A stretch of DNA of 63,849 bases, the filler included, from Reclinomonas americana ATCC 50394 (taxonomy: Eukaryota): the NCBI GenBank assembly GCA_048213135.1. It is 11 parts of 11 records of this genome, joined end to end, with 100 filler letters (N's around TTAATTAATTAA, not from the genome) between each part and the next. Parts side by side here need not be neighbours in the genome. Positions count along the whole stretch, not along the records: positions 1 to 2,840 come from AFZH01018154.1; positions 2,941 to 6,451 come from AFZH01018155.1; positions 6,552 to 12,596 come from AFZH01018156.1; 8 more parts are not named here. One strand, given 5' to 3'. The number at the start of each line of letters is the position of its first letter. Position 1 is the stretch's first letter. The position numbers and the translations under genes are program-made. Below, one piece after another: positions 1 through 12,596 of the stretch. The notes below the pieces were generated by a model, which ran no database searches, had not been told where the DNA came from, and was given only the letters and a program-made list of their open reading frames with translations.

Positions 1-47
<47 letters not shown>

Positions 48-53
48 CACACA
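1..53. repeat. (CA)n microsatellite
   Basis: Nearly pure CA run directly upstream of the WD40 start codon. Confidence 0.95.
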
Positions 54-59
54 CGGAGA

Positions 60-1207
60 ATGACAACCAAGGTGTGAATGTGCGCGCACTTTTGCGTGGT
101 TGGTGTCTGTGCGTACATTCGTGTGTGTGGTTGTTGTTTGTTGTGTTTGTGTGCGCGCCTCACCGCGAGAGATCTACACAGATCATTCAGAGTCTCGCTT
201 CTTCGGTGCGGTCCATCACCGTCACTCCCGATGGCAAGCACATTGTCGGTGGGTGTGGAGATCACACCGTGCGAGTGTGGTCTCTGTCGAGTGGCAAGGA
301 GGTGCGACGACTAGAGGGTCATACTCTAGAAGTGGGCTGTGTCGCCGTCACACCTGATAGTAAGCACATTGTTAGTGGCAGCGGGGACAACACAGTGCGG
401 GTGTGGTCGCTGGCGAGTGGGGAGGAGGTACGCCAGCTGAAGGGACACACTGGTGAGGTGATGTCTGTCGCTGTTTCTTCCGATGGCCAGCACATTGTCA
501 GTGGATGTGGAGACAACGCAGTGCGAGTGTGGTCTCTGGCGAGTGGAGACCATGTGCGACGACTGGAGGCACACACTGGATGGGTGTCATCAGTGGCCGT
601 CTCTCCGGATGGTCAACACGTTGTTAGCGGGAGTCAGGACACCACAGTGCGGGTGTGGTTGCTTGCGAGCGGGGAAGAAGTGCGACGGTTGGAGGGACAT
701 ACTGACTGGGTTATGTCAGTCGCTGTCACTCCCAACGGCAAGTACATTGTGAGTGGCGGTGACGCAGTGTTGGTCTGGTCGCTGGCGAGCGGAGAGCAGG
801 TGCGACGATTGGAGGGACACGTTGAATGGGTGCAATCTGTGGTCGTCACTCCCGATGGTCAGCATGTCGTGAGTGCGGGTGGGGACGGCACAATTCGGGT
901 GTGGTCTCTGGCGAGTGGAGAGGAAGTGCGGCGGTTGGAGGGACACAATGAATGGGTGTCGTCCGTGGCGGTCTCTCCTGACAGTCAGCACATTGTGAGC
1001 GCCGGTGGCAGTGATGACTGGACGATACGAGTGTGGTCCACACCGCGTGGCCTTGCTCGCCTCGAGCTCGACGCCGCGCGCTCGGCCATGCAGGCTGTGC
1101 AGGAGATGCAGGAGGACGAGGAGGAAGTAGATTCTCGATGCCTTCCCGAGCTGGTTCTGCGCTGCTTCATCGTCGAGGATGCCGAGGTCGTCCTTTTTCG
1201 GTGCTGA
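60..1207 (+). CDS. WD40-repeat protein (about 7 repeats), join(60..71,182..1207)
   Basis: Repeated GH-x-V-x-V-x-PDG-x-IVSG-x-D-x-VRVW units. ATG ACA ACC AAG|gtgtga...cctcac...acacag|ATC ATT is an in-phase intron that replaces the ORF-finder's GTG start. Confidence 0.9.
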
Positions 1208-1407
1208 GTCGGTGAGTCGGTAGAGAGGGAAACATTGGCAAGGGAGGGGGCCTTGTGCCGCTGCCACACGTGTTTGTGCTCGACGTGGTTGGACACTAAG
1301 TGGCGGCACTCACTGTTCGCTTGGTGACAGCTGACGCTGATGATACCGAGGCAACACAGTGCCCCGGTCACACGCTGCCGGAGAGTACGCGCATCATGCT
1401 TGAGCGC

Positions 1408-1972
1408 GTGGAGCTCGCGCTCACAGAAGCCGTCGAGGTGAGCGGGGCGGTTCCTCTCACCCTGCTCAGGGCCGCGGCTCGCCGTCGCGGCAGGTGTGCT
1501 CCACCAGACAGTCGATGACGTGGACCGCGATCGCTCGTGGAGCTCGCGCTCACAGAAGCCGTCGACACGAGCGGGGCGGCTCCTCTCACCCTGCTCAGGG
1601 CGGCGGCGCCCCGCAGCAATACGCCTACGCGCCGTCGCCACCGGCATGCGCAGTGGTGCTCCACCAGACAGTCCATGACGTGGACCGCGATCGCTCGTGG
1701 AGCTCGCGCTCACAGAAGCCGTCGACGCGAGCGGGGCGGTTCCTCTCACCCTGCTCAGGGCCGCGGCGCGCCGTCGCCACCGGCAGTGGTGCTCCACCAG
1801 ACTGTCCATGACGTGAACCGCGATCGCTCGTGGAGCTCGCACTCACAGAAGCCGTCACGCGAGCGGGGCGGTTCCTCTCACCCTGCTATTGACAGCATGG
1901 CAGCTGGCGGCCTGCCGCAATACGCCTTCGCTCCATTCCACCAGACGATTCATGATGGCGTGGACCGCGACC
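1408..1972. repeat. GC-rich tandem repeat, 4 copies of a 129-160 bp unit
   Basis: A unit beginning GTGGAGCTCGC(G/A)CTCACAGAAGCCGTC recurs at 1408, 1537, 1697 and 1830. Indels shift the reading frame between copies. Confidence 0.9.
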
Positions 1973-2172
1973 GCCCACTTCGCGTACTACTGGTGGGCGG
2001 TGATGCCTCGTCGCTTGTCGCAGAGACCGCTGTTGAGTGAGCGTATTGAATACTGGCGAAAATGAATACTGGTGTCATGCATGGCTTGCAGCGAGAAAAT
2101 TGGCGCAGCGGCGTATTGAGCGCCTCCCAAAGTGGGAATTTTGTTTTCGCGTTTGTTTGATCACCACAGAGT

Positions 2173-5100
2173 ATGCGTCACGCCTACTGCGTGGCCATCG
2201 CAGCGGCGCTGCTGCTTGTCGTCGCGCCACTGTGTGTGGCGGTGATGCCACAGCACGCTGATGAGGCGACGGACATGGTGGAGCATGGAGGCTGGTCGTA
2301 TCCGGCGGACACTGCGCACGTGGTGGCGGGTCTCCTCTCTCTGCAAACCAGTGGCCCGCTCGACCGCCCGCCGGAGCTGCACCCGGAGTTGCAGTGGCAC
2401 TCGACGCTCGTGACGAGTGGGCACGCGGAGGGTGCGGTTGTGCGAGGTGAAGGTGCATCCGAAGATGGTGTTGATGGCATGGTGCGCGACTTGCACGTCT
2501 CTGCCGCCACTGCGGGCCTCCGTGTGCGCGTCATTGCGCTGCGCAATCATGTGCGTGTGGAGCCGGCCACCACATTGCGCATCGTCGCCATCATCCTGGA
2601 AGTTGCGCGTGGTGTGAGAGATTCGAATATTCGCGTTTTCTGGGGTTTCGTCTTTCGTGCTGTGTGTGGTAATCCCTCTCGCGCACGCGCACTCGCGCTG
2701 TCTTTGTCACTGGCATGCGGATGCTGCGACACATGCTTCGTTTCGGAAAAATAGCGAAACACGCACGTGCGAATGAGCGCCTCTCACTCTCCCCACTTTC
2801 TCTCACACACGCACTTCCTCTCTTTCCCTCTCTCTCCCTCNNNNNNNNNNNNNNNNNNNNNNNNNNNNNNNNNNNNNNNNNNNNTTAATTAATTAANNNN
2901 NNNNNNNNNNNNNNNNNNNNNNNNNNNNNNNNNNNNNNNNCCCTCACTTTGCGCTCCGTGCAGTCGGCGCCCAAGGGGAGCACGATTCATGACATCTCCA
3001 TCGACTATCTTCATGAGGTGAGTGAATGCAATGCAGCGCGTTTCCCTGCCGATCGCATGTGGTTTGACTCGACAATCTCTCTCTCTCTCTCTTGTGTAGC
3101 GCGCATTCCGCGTGATTTGTGATGACGCGGCGGTGGAGCGACTGCGTGAGCGCATGGGCAATGACATTGCTTGGGTTGGTGACTGGACTGCTGCGCTAAA
3201 GGTGGACGAGTCGACCAAGGACGTGGAGGCGCATGTGCGTGCCATGTTGCTGCATCGTGGTGAGAAGTGGGATGATGCGTGGCATTTGCGATCGCGTGCG
3301 TCGCGCTTCATGAAGGACGACGAGACGCTCGGAGACCGGTGGGCGACTGTGCACATTGAGGTGGCGCGTCACCCGAATGGTATCTCGCCAGAGCAGTTTG
3401 CCGAGCGCCTGATGGTCACCTTTAACGAGCACGGCATTCGGGGTGAGTGTGTGTGGCATGTAGAAAGCTTTCAGTACAATGCACTGTGCTGAATCCCATA
3501 CCCACAGCGCGTCTGGCCGACGTGACGGCCGGTGCACATGGCGTGCTGGCGCTCAACTTTGGCGACTTTTACGACATGCCGCGCGCCGTGAGCGCAGTAT
3601 TGTCGCTGCCGAACGTCATGTTTGCTTATGTTGCGTCTCGGTTGTCGCACTGCGTTTCTGTTACCGGCCTGCACTTATTCCCATTCAGATCGAGTCGCCG
3701 ATTGGCGTGCCGGAAGATATTTCTCCAGCCAACTTTATGCCGCAACAGCAACAGCAGCAGCTCCCGACTGCGCCAGTTGCCGCCGATTCCACCAGTGAGT
3801 CGGTCACCGTCACCGACTCGCATGCACACTCCAACATCTCCACGCGCAACTCGTCGGTCATCGGCATTGTGGAATCTGGTACCGTGGGCACCGTGCCTTT
3901 TGTCGGCGTGTTGTCGGGCAAGAACCAGCGTATCGGTGCGCATCTGCTGGTCGTGTGTCACACGATAAATGTTCTGCTAACTCCGTTCTCTCCAGGCATG
4001 AACGTATCCGGCGTCGATTTCTATAACTGCTTCTTCCACGATCCGAACAGTGCAGTCACGTTTAGTGTGCCCAGCACCACAATCACTGGCTCCAATATTT
4101 TCAGCGACACCACAGTCAACACGAACCATCGCAAGGTTTGCCATGCTGCACTGTGTTCTGTGCTGGCGGAGTGACGATGCCTGACTTTTGCTTGTCTCAT
4201 GCTTGCCATGATAGATTCTGGTGTACGTCAACCTTCTCGGTGGGTACGAGTGTTGTGCCTTGTGTCTGTTAGCTGCAGCAATAACTCTCACGCACTCTCC
4301 ACACCTGGTTTTTTGCGTGTTCACAGACAAGTACGATGCGCCATCCCCATCCAACGGCACACACATGGTTTGCTTCTTGACTCGTGGTCTCGCAGGAGGA
4401 CTTGAACTCGCCTCTGAGCTGATCTTGTGCTTTGTGTTGTAGGCTGGTACCATCTCCGGTAATGCCAACGCAAATGACGCGAACAATTTCATCACGGGAT
4501 TCAACGGCATCGCCACCGACGCCAAGCTGATCATTCATGACACCGGCTGCAACGTCACTCCCACCACCGGGTGCACTACGACTTTTTTGACCGGCACTGC
4601 AACTACTCCCCGATACACCAGTGCAACGCTCAACTATGTGATGGGTCACTTGATGTCGGTTCGTACGCCCGCGCTTTGTGTTTCTTTTCGCGGTTCGCTA
4701 ACGTGTTCATGTCGTTCTACGTCATCTGTTACAGAATCAGTTGCGTTTTTCTGTCTTCTCACTCCCTCGCTTCTATTAAATTTACTTTTCTAATTCTCTG
4801 TGTGATTTTGCAGAGCATACATTGTGCTGCATGGGTGAGTCCTCTTTTTCTCTCACATCCCTGTCTCGAATTTCATCGTATTCTCGCCTCTAATTTGCTG
4901 TCTGTGTGCGTGCACAGTGAATCGGCAACATCGAGTGCGTACAGTGCCACCGAGCGTGTGTACGATCACTTCTATGCTGGTAGGCATTCGCCTTCTTCAC
5001 GTCGCTTCAATAGTGGCATGTGATCTGACGAACAACGCAGGCTGTCTCAGTGGATGCTCGGGTACTACCGCCGTGCAAAACTACCCGGATGCCACGGTGT

Positions 5101-8100
5101 GACTTCTGTCACTCTTGCTCATTCTCGCTTGCTCTCATCACTCACGCAATGCTGCATACTTCTTTTATTAGAACATGCTCGGCATTGTCAATCCGGGAAA
5201 CGTCCCGTGGAACGGTGCCAGCTTTGCGACATTCGGCAGCACCGTGCGTGGCATTGGTATGCTGAAGAACTCGCTTACGGTGGGCGCCAGTCGTTCGAAC
5301 TACAAGCAGAACTACATTACTGGCGTCGTGTGGACACCCGTTGAGTCGATGTGCTCGTGTGTGCCTGACTACAATTCGGTTTGTGGGTTTTTGACAAAGT
5401 TGACGGTTTCTTTGTGCACAGGATGACATGGCGTACTATTCCGTGCCAGGTCTGGCGCAACTGTGCGTAACATTACTGTGTCGAGCTTCTTCTCACATTG
5501 TTCTGTCGCACAGGCCCTGCCGGTGGATATACTTCGAGCGTGCCGATTGACGGACGTTACGGAATCCAAGTGGTGGCTCCGGGACAGGCCGTCCGCTCTG
5601 CGTTTGCGTATGACCAGTCGCTTGCGCCGGACACAAATATGTGTGGATCTGGAAGTCGTACAGGTTCGTCGCACGTAGTGCACACTTGACCATTTGTATG
5701 TGGTAGCTCGGTTCTTACCGATAGCGAATGCGCAGTTACCAGCACCAACGTGTGCAAGCATGTCGGTCTGGATAACGACGCAGCGTGCAATGCGTCACAG
5801 CGCTACTCCATTGCCTCGGAGTTCCCGCCCACTGCTGCTGTTGCCGGTGTTGCTGGTGTGTTTTACAATGCGAAGCTGACGGTGTACAATGCCTTCTGAA
5901 TCATGGTCCCATGCGCAGCTCTTCTCCGCGAGTACCTGACAACGAGCTATCCGATGGCGCCCAACGCCAATGGCACAAACGCGGTGCCATTCACCAAGCC
6001 CCCGGCGTCACTGATGCGCGCTCTGCTTATCAACTCTGCCGATCGTCTGCCTGACACCGGCTACTATGGAGGCGATGCCAGTAACTCCGCCAACAGCCCA
6101 CCGACAAACATCTTCCAGTACCAGATTTCGACTCTCACCGAGTTGCAAAAGTCGTACCTGTTCGGTCAGTGGTCGTGTCACCTTTCTATTCTATTTTTTA
6201 CCTTTGTTTCCCCCGGCTTACGTGCGCACAATCGACGGTGACCGCAGGATACGGTCTTGTGAAGCTGAACAACATTCTGTCCCCGAACTCCGTGTCGCCG
6301 CGCTCGTACGCACTTGAAGCTGAGGGCTCCACGATCACCGCAGTCGACACAGTGCAATGGGCGACTCCGTTCTCATTCACCAACGGCTGCATTTACAATT
6401 TCATCCTCACCGGCACTGCGAATGTTGCGTTTTGCACTGTGATGAAAAAAANNNNNNNNNNNNNNNNNNNNNNNNNNNNNNNNNNNNNNNNNNNNTTAAT
6501 TAATTAANNNNNNNNNNNNNNNNNNNNNNNNNNNNNNNNNNNNNNNNNNNNTTGCCGCTCACTGCTGACTGTCGCTTCGTGATGTGTGAGCAGCTTCGCA
6601 TGACGCTGGCGTGGACTGAGTTCGGCAATGTGTCTGGTACAATTGCAATCCTCAAGTTGCGTCATTTGTCTTCTGCGCTCCGCGCGTTGTGATTCTCCAA
6701 GGCAGGCTGATCGATTTCGTTTGTGTGATGCAGTGATTTGAACTTGGTGCTGGTGCGCGTCGATAATGGCGTCGAGACGCTGGTGCAGATCGGTAACGCA
6801 CTGACTGGCTTCCCGACGAGCAATACCGTGAGCGGCTCGGCTGCTATTATGGCCAACACCGACACGCGTAACCTGGAGGAGCGTGTGACAGTCACCAATG
6901 CAACCGCGGGCACTTACCGCGCCTACGTCTACGTTGCGTTATCCTTGTCTCACACGTGGATCACGTGACTCTATAGGCTCACATGTTGTCATTGTAGGCG
7001 CGCATTCTGCCGTCGACCCCCGGCGTCAAGTTCTCACTGGCCATCACGGCAACTGCAAACATTGCTGGTGCGTGTTTGTTGCCCGCAAAGTAGTGGGCAC
7101 CTGTGTGGTTCACGCTGATGACATGTTTTGGTGCAGTGCCGCCGTTTGGGTTCTCGAACATTGCGAGTGCCGTGGTCGGCAACCAGTGCTCTGACATCTC
7201 AGTGGTGCTGAATCACCCGCTTCACGACGGTGGCGTGTCTCTCGACGGCAAGAGCGGCATTCAAGCGCGTGGGTATGTCATGCTTCTGCACGCACGCGCA
7301 AGCACACTGCCTTGAGCTCATACGTGGACTGCTGTGCAGCATTCGCATCTACCGGTCCAACGACGAGAGCACCTCGCTTGGCGACAAGACCGACACATCG
7401 AGTCTGAACGCAAGCCAGTCGACGTTTACAGCGTCTGCGGCTGACATTGCGGCGGGAACGTGAGTGCTCTTGTACCGTGTACTGATCGTTTGAATCCTCG
7501 TGCTGACCTACAATCGTCATGAAAACGTGTGCACAGAATCTACATCAAGTCGCTGTTCACCAACACACAAGGACTCACCAGTGTGTTTGGCAAGGCTGGC
7601 AACATTTCGTCAAAGGGCACGTTTGCGGCCGTCAACGGACCATATACATTGTATGCTGGTGAGTTGATTCACTGTTGCCATCCTCAGCAGTGCGCCACCT
7701 GCCAGTCTCATTCATGCTCGTGCGTACACTGATAGATGAAGCACCGGCTTGGGATGCTGGAATTTCGTCGTCGACGTTCAGTGCGCCATCGACTGCTAAC
7801 CAGCTCGTTGGCACGCTGACTGCACCGGCGCAAGCATCAGCGCCTGTCACGTGGAGTGTCGTCGGCGGAGCCAACCAGTCGTCGTTTACGGTCGCCAATA
7901 CGAATGAGCTGCGCTTGACTGCTGCCAATTTGGCGGTCGGGACGTACACGATCATTGTGCGTGGTATCGACAACAGCAGCAAGTGCTTCACGAAGACGTA
8001 CACGATTACCGGCTCAGGTGCGGTCTGCATCTATGCACACACTCGTTTGCTCATGTGCCACTCACGACTGTACCCTCTGCTGCCACACAGCAACCGTGGC

Positions 8101-10162
8101 TCTCACCGTCACCAACGTCACGCCGACGTCTGTGATTGGCAACAACGCGACCACGCTGAATCTGACAGGCACGACACTCGACCAGCTCACGAGCGCGGTG
8201 CTTATTGCCACCAACGGCAGCTGCACCACCGATACGCCCACCAACGATGCGTCGGTGACGGCATTGACAGTAACGGGCACTGCTTCGACCACCGCCACGC
8301 TGTCTGCCACGATCTCGCAGAAAATTACGCTGAAGGTTCACTTAGGGTTGTGCAGCTTGGCGTGCTCATGTTGCCGTTCGAGATGGCTGACTTTTGAGTT
8401 CCTTTTTGTTTTTGCAGTTGTGTGTCCAGCAGAACAAGAGCACGTGGCTAGACTCTGGATTCACCGTCGCGTCCGTCATTAGTTGAGTATCTCCCTGCTG
8501 TCAATCGTGTTGTTCGTTGGGCTTGTCACTCAACATGTGCACTCACCTGACACAGTGACTGTGACGAATGTGACCCCGACGTCGATCATCGGTAACAATG
8601 CGACGGCTGTGAATCTGACTGGCACTTCATTGAATCAGCTGACAGCTGTGCGATTGGTGGCAAGCAACGGCACGTGTACTGGCTCGCCGACGAACCACGC
8701 TGCTGTGACGAATGCGTCGATCACTGGCACACCGGCATCGACCTCGGCGGCACTGTCGGTGACACTGTCACAGAGCATCACACTGAAGGTGAGTTTTAGA
8801 GACACTTGATTGTCCACTTGCGTTCATGCTGACGTGATGTCTCCTCTGTGCAGTTGTGCGTGCAACAAGGCAGTGCAGTGTGGATCGACTCGAAATTCTC
8901 GATCACGTCCACGATCAGTAGTTGCGTGACTGATTGGTTGACGAAACTGAAATAAGCATTCTTTTGTGTTTCGTGCGAGCGTGCGACAACTGGTGCCATG
9001 ATGGAAAGGGCGAGATTGTGTGTGTCTCTGTCACTCTTGTTCGTTTGCTTCTTGCTGTTTGCATCTGACTGTCATTCCCACTCTGCCCTCTCCCTCCCTC
9101 TCCCTCTCTCCCTTTGTCTGTTGTCTGTTACCCTCGCTATTTTTCTCTTTCCTTCTCTCTCTCCCTCCCTTCCCTCCCTTTCCTCCCTTCCCTCCCCTTC
9201 CCTCCCCTTCCCTCCTCTTTCCTCCCCTTCCCTCTCTCCCTTCTCTCCCTCTCTAAATCTCACTGGTGATTGCACGTACAGAGGGAGGTGGCATGTGCAC
9301 AACAACGCCTGCTGCTGTCGCTCACGAGTCGAAGCGCATTTGGTGGTCGGTCGCCTCCAACGCCGACGGCAGCAAGCTGGCAGCCGTGGTCGAGTTCGGT
9401 CGTATCTACATCTCCACCGACTCGGGTGTGACGTGGACGCCGCACGAGTCGAACCGCTACTGGGTCAGTGTGGCCTCCAGCAGCGACGGCACCAAGCTAG
9501 TGGCCTGCGTGTACTGTGGCGGTCAGATTTACACCTCGACGGATTCCGGTGTGACGTGGACTCCACGTGCGTCGGTGCAAGCGTGGTCGGCAGTGGCCTC
9601 CAGCGCCGATGGCACCAAGCTGGTAGCCGTGGCTTTCAGTGACTCAATCTACACCTCCGGTGACTCTGGGGCGACGTGGACGCCGCGTGAGTCTCATCGT
9701 CAGTGGGTCGCTGTCGCCTCCAGCAGTGACGGCACCAAGTTGGTGGCCGTGGTGAGTGGCGGCCAGGTATACACCTCCACTGACTCGGGTGCGACGTGGA
9801 CAGCACGCGACTCGAATCGCCCGTGGGTAGCAGTGGCCTCCAGCAGTAATGGAGCCAAGCTGGTGGCCGTCACCCACGGTGGCCAGATCTACACCTCTTC
9901 GGACACTGGTGCGACGTGGACGGCACGCGAGTCGGCGCGGTTGTGGCGGTCAGTGGCCTCGAGCAGCGATGGGTCGCACCTTGTGGCCGTGGTCGGGAAC
10001 GACAAGATCTACACCTCCGCTGATTCCGGTGTGACGTGGACGGCACGAGAGTCGGATCGAAACTGGTTTGCGGTGGCCTCCAACGCCGACGGCAGCAAGC
10101 TGGTGGCGGGTGTGTACGAGGGACAGATATACACCTTGGATCTCAGCGCCTGTCTGGCGTGA
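2173..10162 (+). CDS. Secreted multidomain S8 (KP-43/TagC-like) subtilase homologue, probably catalytically dead. Order: signal peptide, prodomain, S8, jelly-roll, cadherin-like, 2 IPT-like repeats, BNR beta-propeller (about 30 introns)
   Basis: Spliced translation gives LSGKNQRIGMNVSGVDFYNCFFHDP, NGTHMAGTISG, NPGN...KNSLTVGAS, DGRYGIQVVAPG, AVAGVAALLREY, PPASLMRALLINSA, FGYGLVKL, LRMTLAWTE...ILNDLNL and NLEERVTV...AGTY, all KP-43-family motifs in order. A phase-1 splice from 8920 to 9282 joins the propeller exon. The link from exon 1 crosses an assembly gap and is less certain. Confidence 0.8.
2841..2940. other. Artificial scaffold gap linker (N44-TTAATTAATTAA-N44), first of ten
   Basis: Identical 100-nt linkers occur at 2841, 6452, 12597, 19119, 20955, 26928, 43370, 49818, 53711 and 62747. 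Most abut low-complexity tracts. Confidence 0.99.
9341..10138 (+). repeat. Six full plus one partial 40-aa BNR/Asp-box repeats (7-bladed propeller), intronless
   Basis: Unit W-x-x-VASSxDGxKLVAV-x-x-GQIYTSxDSGxTWTxRES contains the Asp-box S-x-D-x-G-x-T-W. Confidence 0.9.
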
Positions 10163-10959
10163 TCTGGTCACGGTTCTCTCAACTCAAGTGACGGCTCATG
10201 CCAGACTGAATTCCGTTGGTGACGTGCTCGGGCCATGCCTCATCAAATGCCGACGATTCATGTTTGTCGACTATTACGATATATTGTACAGTGTGAACTA
10301 CGGACGCATCCCCACTCCATTGACTTCGTTTCCTCCTTGTGCCCATATTTCCACTCTCCTCATGTTCGTCTTAGATGATACATAAACATGCGAAAGCGCA
10401 GCGGTGGTGTGCCTTCGACTGCAGCGTGGTATCTGCCAGCCGGCCTCTGCGTGGAGAATGCACATGAGTTGGCGACGGCTCTCCCTGCGACTTACACCGT
10501 GCAGATCACCAACGTGAAACCTGCAGCATCGTTTCAACAACAACTGATCCAAACAGCAACACAGCTGCATACATATCTTGAGTGGGCAGCAGCGCTAGCA
10601 GCTCAGACATCGATATCGATCACACACGATTGGTGAGTAGACGAGATCTAGAGAGTGCACGTGAGGCTGTTGGTGAACCCACGCACACAGCAGGCCATCG
10701 TATCTGTGATGGCAATGTGGGCTCAGGCTTGCTCTGGCAAAGAGTCGCTGGGCGTCGGCACCGCCTAATCTAGAAACTTCGGTCTTCGGAGAAACTTTGC
10801 ATTCATTCGCCGTCTTAAAAATTTCTGCATCTCGGTGAGCGCAGACACACACACGCACACACATGTGAACTCTGTCTCTCCCTCTCCCTCTCTCCCTCTT
10901 CCTCCCATCGCCTCACTCACTCGTACGCATGCAGCGGAATCGCGATGCGCTCCAATATT

Positions 10960-12547
10960 ATGCATTTCGCCACCATTGTGGCGCTGCTCCTCGCGGTGGG
11001 CGCACTCACTGTGCCTGCTGCGAGTGCCCTCTCCCGCGACACTCTCTCTCCCTCGGTGCGTTTCAGTTTTGCACACACGAACACGCACACAGTGTGCGTG
11101 CATCACGACTCACGCATGTCCCGCTGACAGTGGCCCTCCTCGCGCATTCATCTCTCGTTCCACGCCACTCCCTCCTCGTCTCATTCTTCGTCGGCGCACC
11201 ACGACGTGTTGCCTGCGAGTGTGCGCACGGTGGAGGATGCGGCGCTGTTTCACGTGCGTCGCCTGGTGAGTGTGGAAATGTCCACCGCATCAACAACTCG
11301 CCGTCAGCGCAGCTTTGGAGTGCAAGCGACGACACCTGCTGGTGAGTGGTGCAGAGAGCAAAAGAGAGAGCAGGAGAGAGTGGGAGGAGCGTGTTTACGT
11401 GTCCTGTTTTTTCAGCATCACGAATCATGCATGCATGTCGCTGCGGATGTGCACTTTTTTGACTGTCACTTTTTTTCTCTCTGCTCTCGCTGCTTCTCTC
11501 TTCGTTCGCCACCCACCTGCCCATGTCGATTACTGGTATAACACCACGGCGTGTGGCCTTGCTCGGTTTCCTTCACAGTCATCGCACACACAGCTGCAGT
11601 TTTTCCGAGCGCAGCTCTTGAAGTCTGTTCGATCGCGATGTGTGCTCACTCTCTGTGCCTTCTGCCTCGCAGCCGAGTCCACCTCCGTCTCTCTGCATGT
11701 GGCTCGTGTGGTCACCTCACTGCACGGTGGGCGTGTCGCGGCCGCACACGTCCGCCAGTCGGTCCACGGTGTGGAGGTGTTGAACAGCGAAGTTCGCATG
11801 TTGCTCCACCCGACCTCGTTCCAGTTGCTGTCGGCCACTGGATCGCTGGTCGACGTCGCCTCCTTCACTCCCGCGTCCGAGCACCACGTCGCCTCCTCAT
11901 CTGTCGATGGCGCCTTCGCGGTGCCCGCCGACGTCGGACAGTACAAGCAGGCCCTGGTCGTGGCGCTGAACGCTCACTTCGGCGCCGACAACGCCGTCAG
12001 TGTGGACGATGTGCGCGTGGAGGAGTTCACGCGTCACGGCCTGCACAGCGATGTGTGGTTGTACACGAGTGAGGGCGCGGCGGTGTCTGTTCGCAGCCCG
12101 CACGGCAGTCGTGTGAGGAAGGTGTGTAAATGGGGAAGTGCTCGTCTCTCCCCTCCGTCAATCATTCTCTCGCCTGCGCTTCCCTGTTCTCCTGTGTGTA
12201 CTCGCCTTGCTCCTCACTCTCTGTCTGTCCCCCGGTACTCCTTGAGCCTGCTCTCTCCTGTTGCTCTCTCCCTCGCTCGCTCATTCATCCTCTCCCCTGT
12301 GCTTCATCAATCCACTGTTCTCTTGTGTGCACTCGCCTTGCTCCATCAATCTCTCCATTCTCGCTTTCCCTCACTCACTCCGTTGCTCTTTGAGCCTGCT
12401 TTCTCTTCTTGCTCTCTCCACTCATTCTCTCACCTGTGCTACACCATTCTACAATTGTCTCGTGTGTGTGACCGTGCCTTGTTCCTCATTCACTCACTCA
12501 GTCTCTCTCTCTCTCTCTTTTGCTCTCTATTCCTCTCTTTCTCTCTG

Positions 12548-12596
<49 letters not shown>

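Noticed and set aside
2885..2896. Recurring palindrome TTAATTAATTAA (ten copies)
   Set aside because: Always centred in N44 flanks. It is an artificial six-frame-stop gap linker.
10388..10768. Small possible gene between the propeller and M36
   Set aside because: It has a plausible donor and acceptor but no recognisable motif, so I cannot support it.
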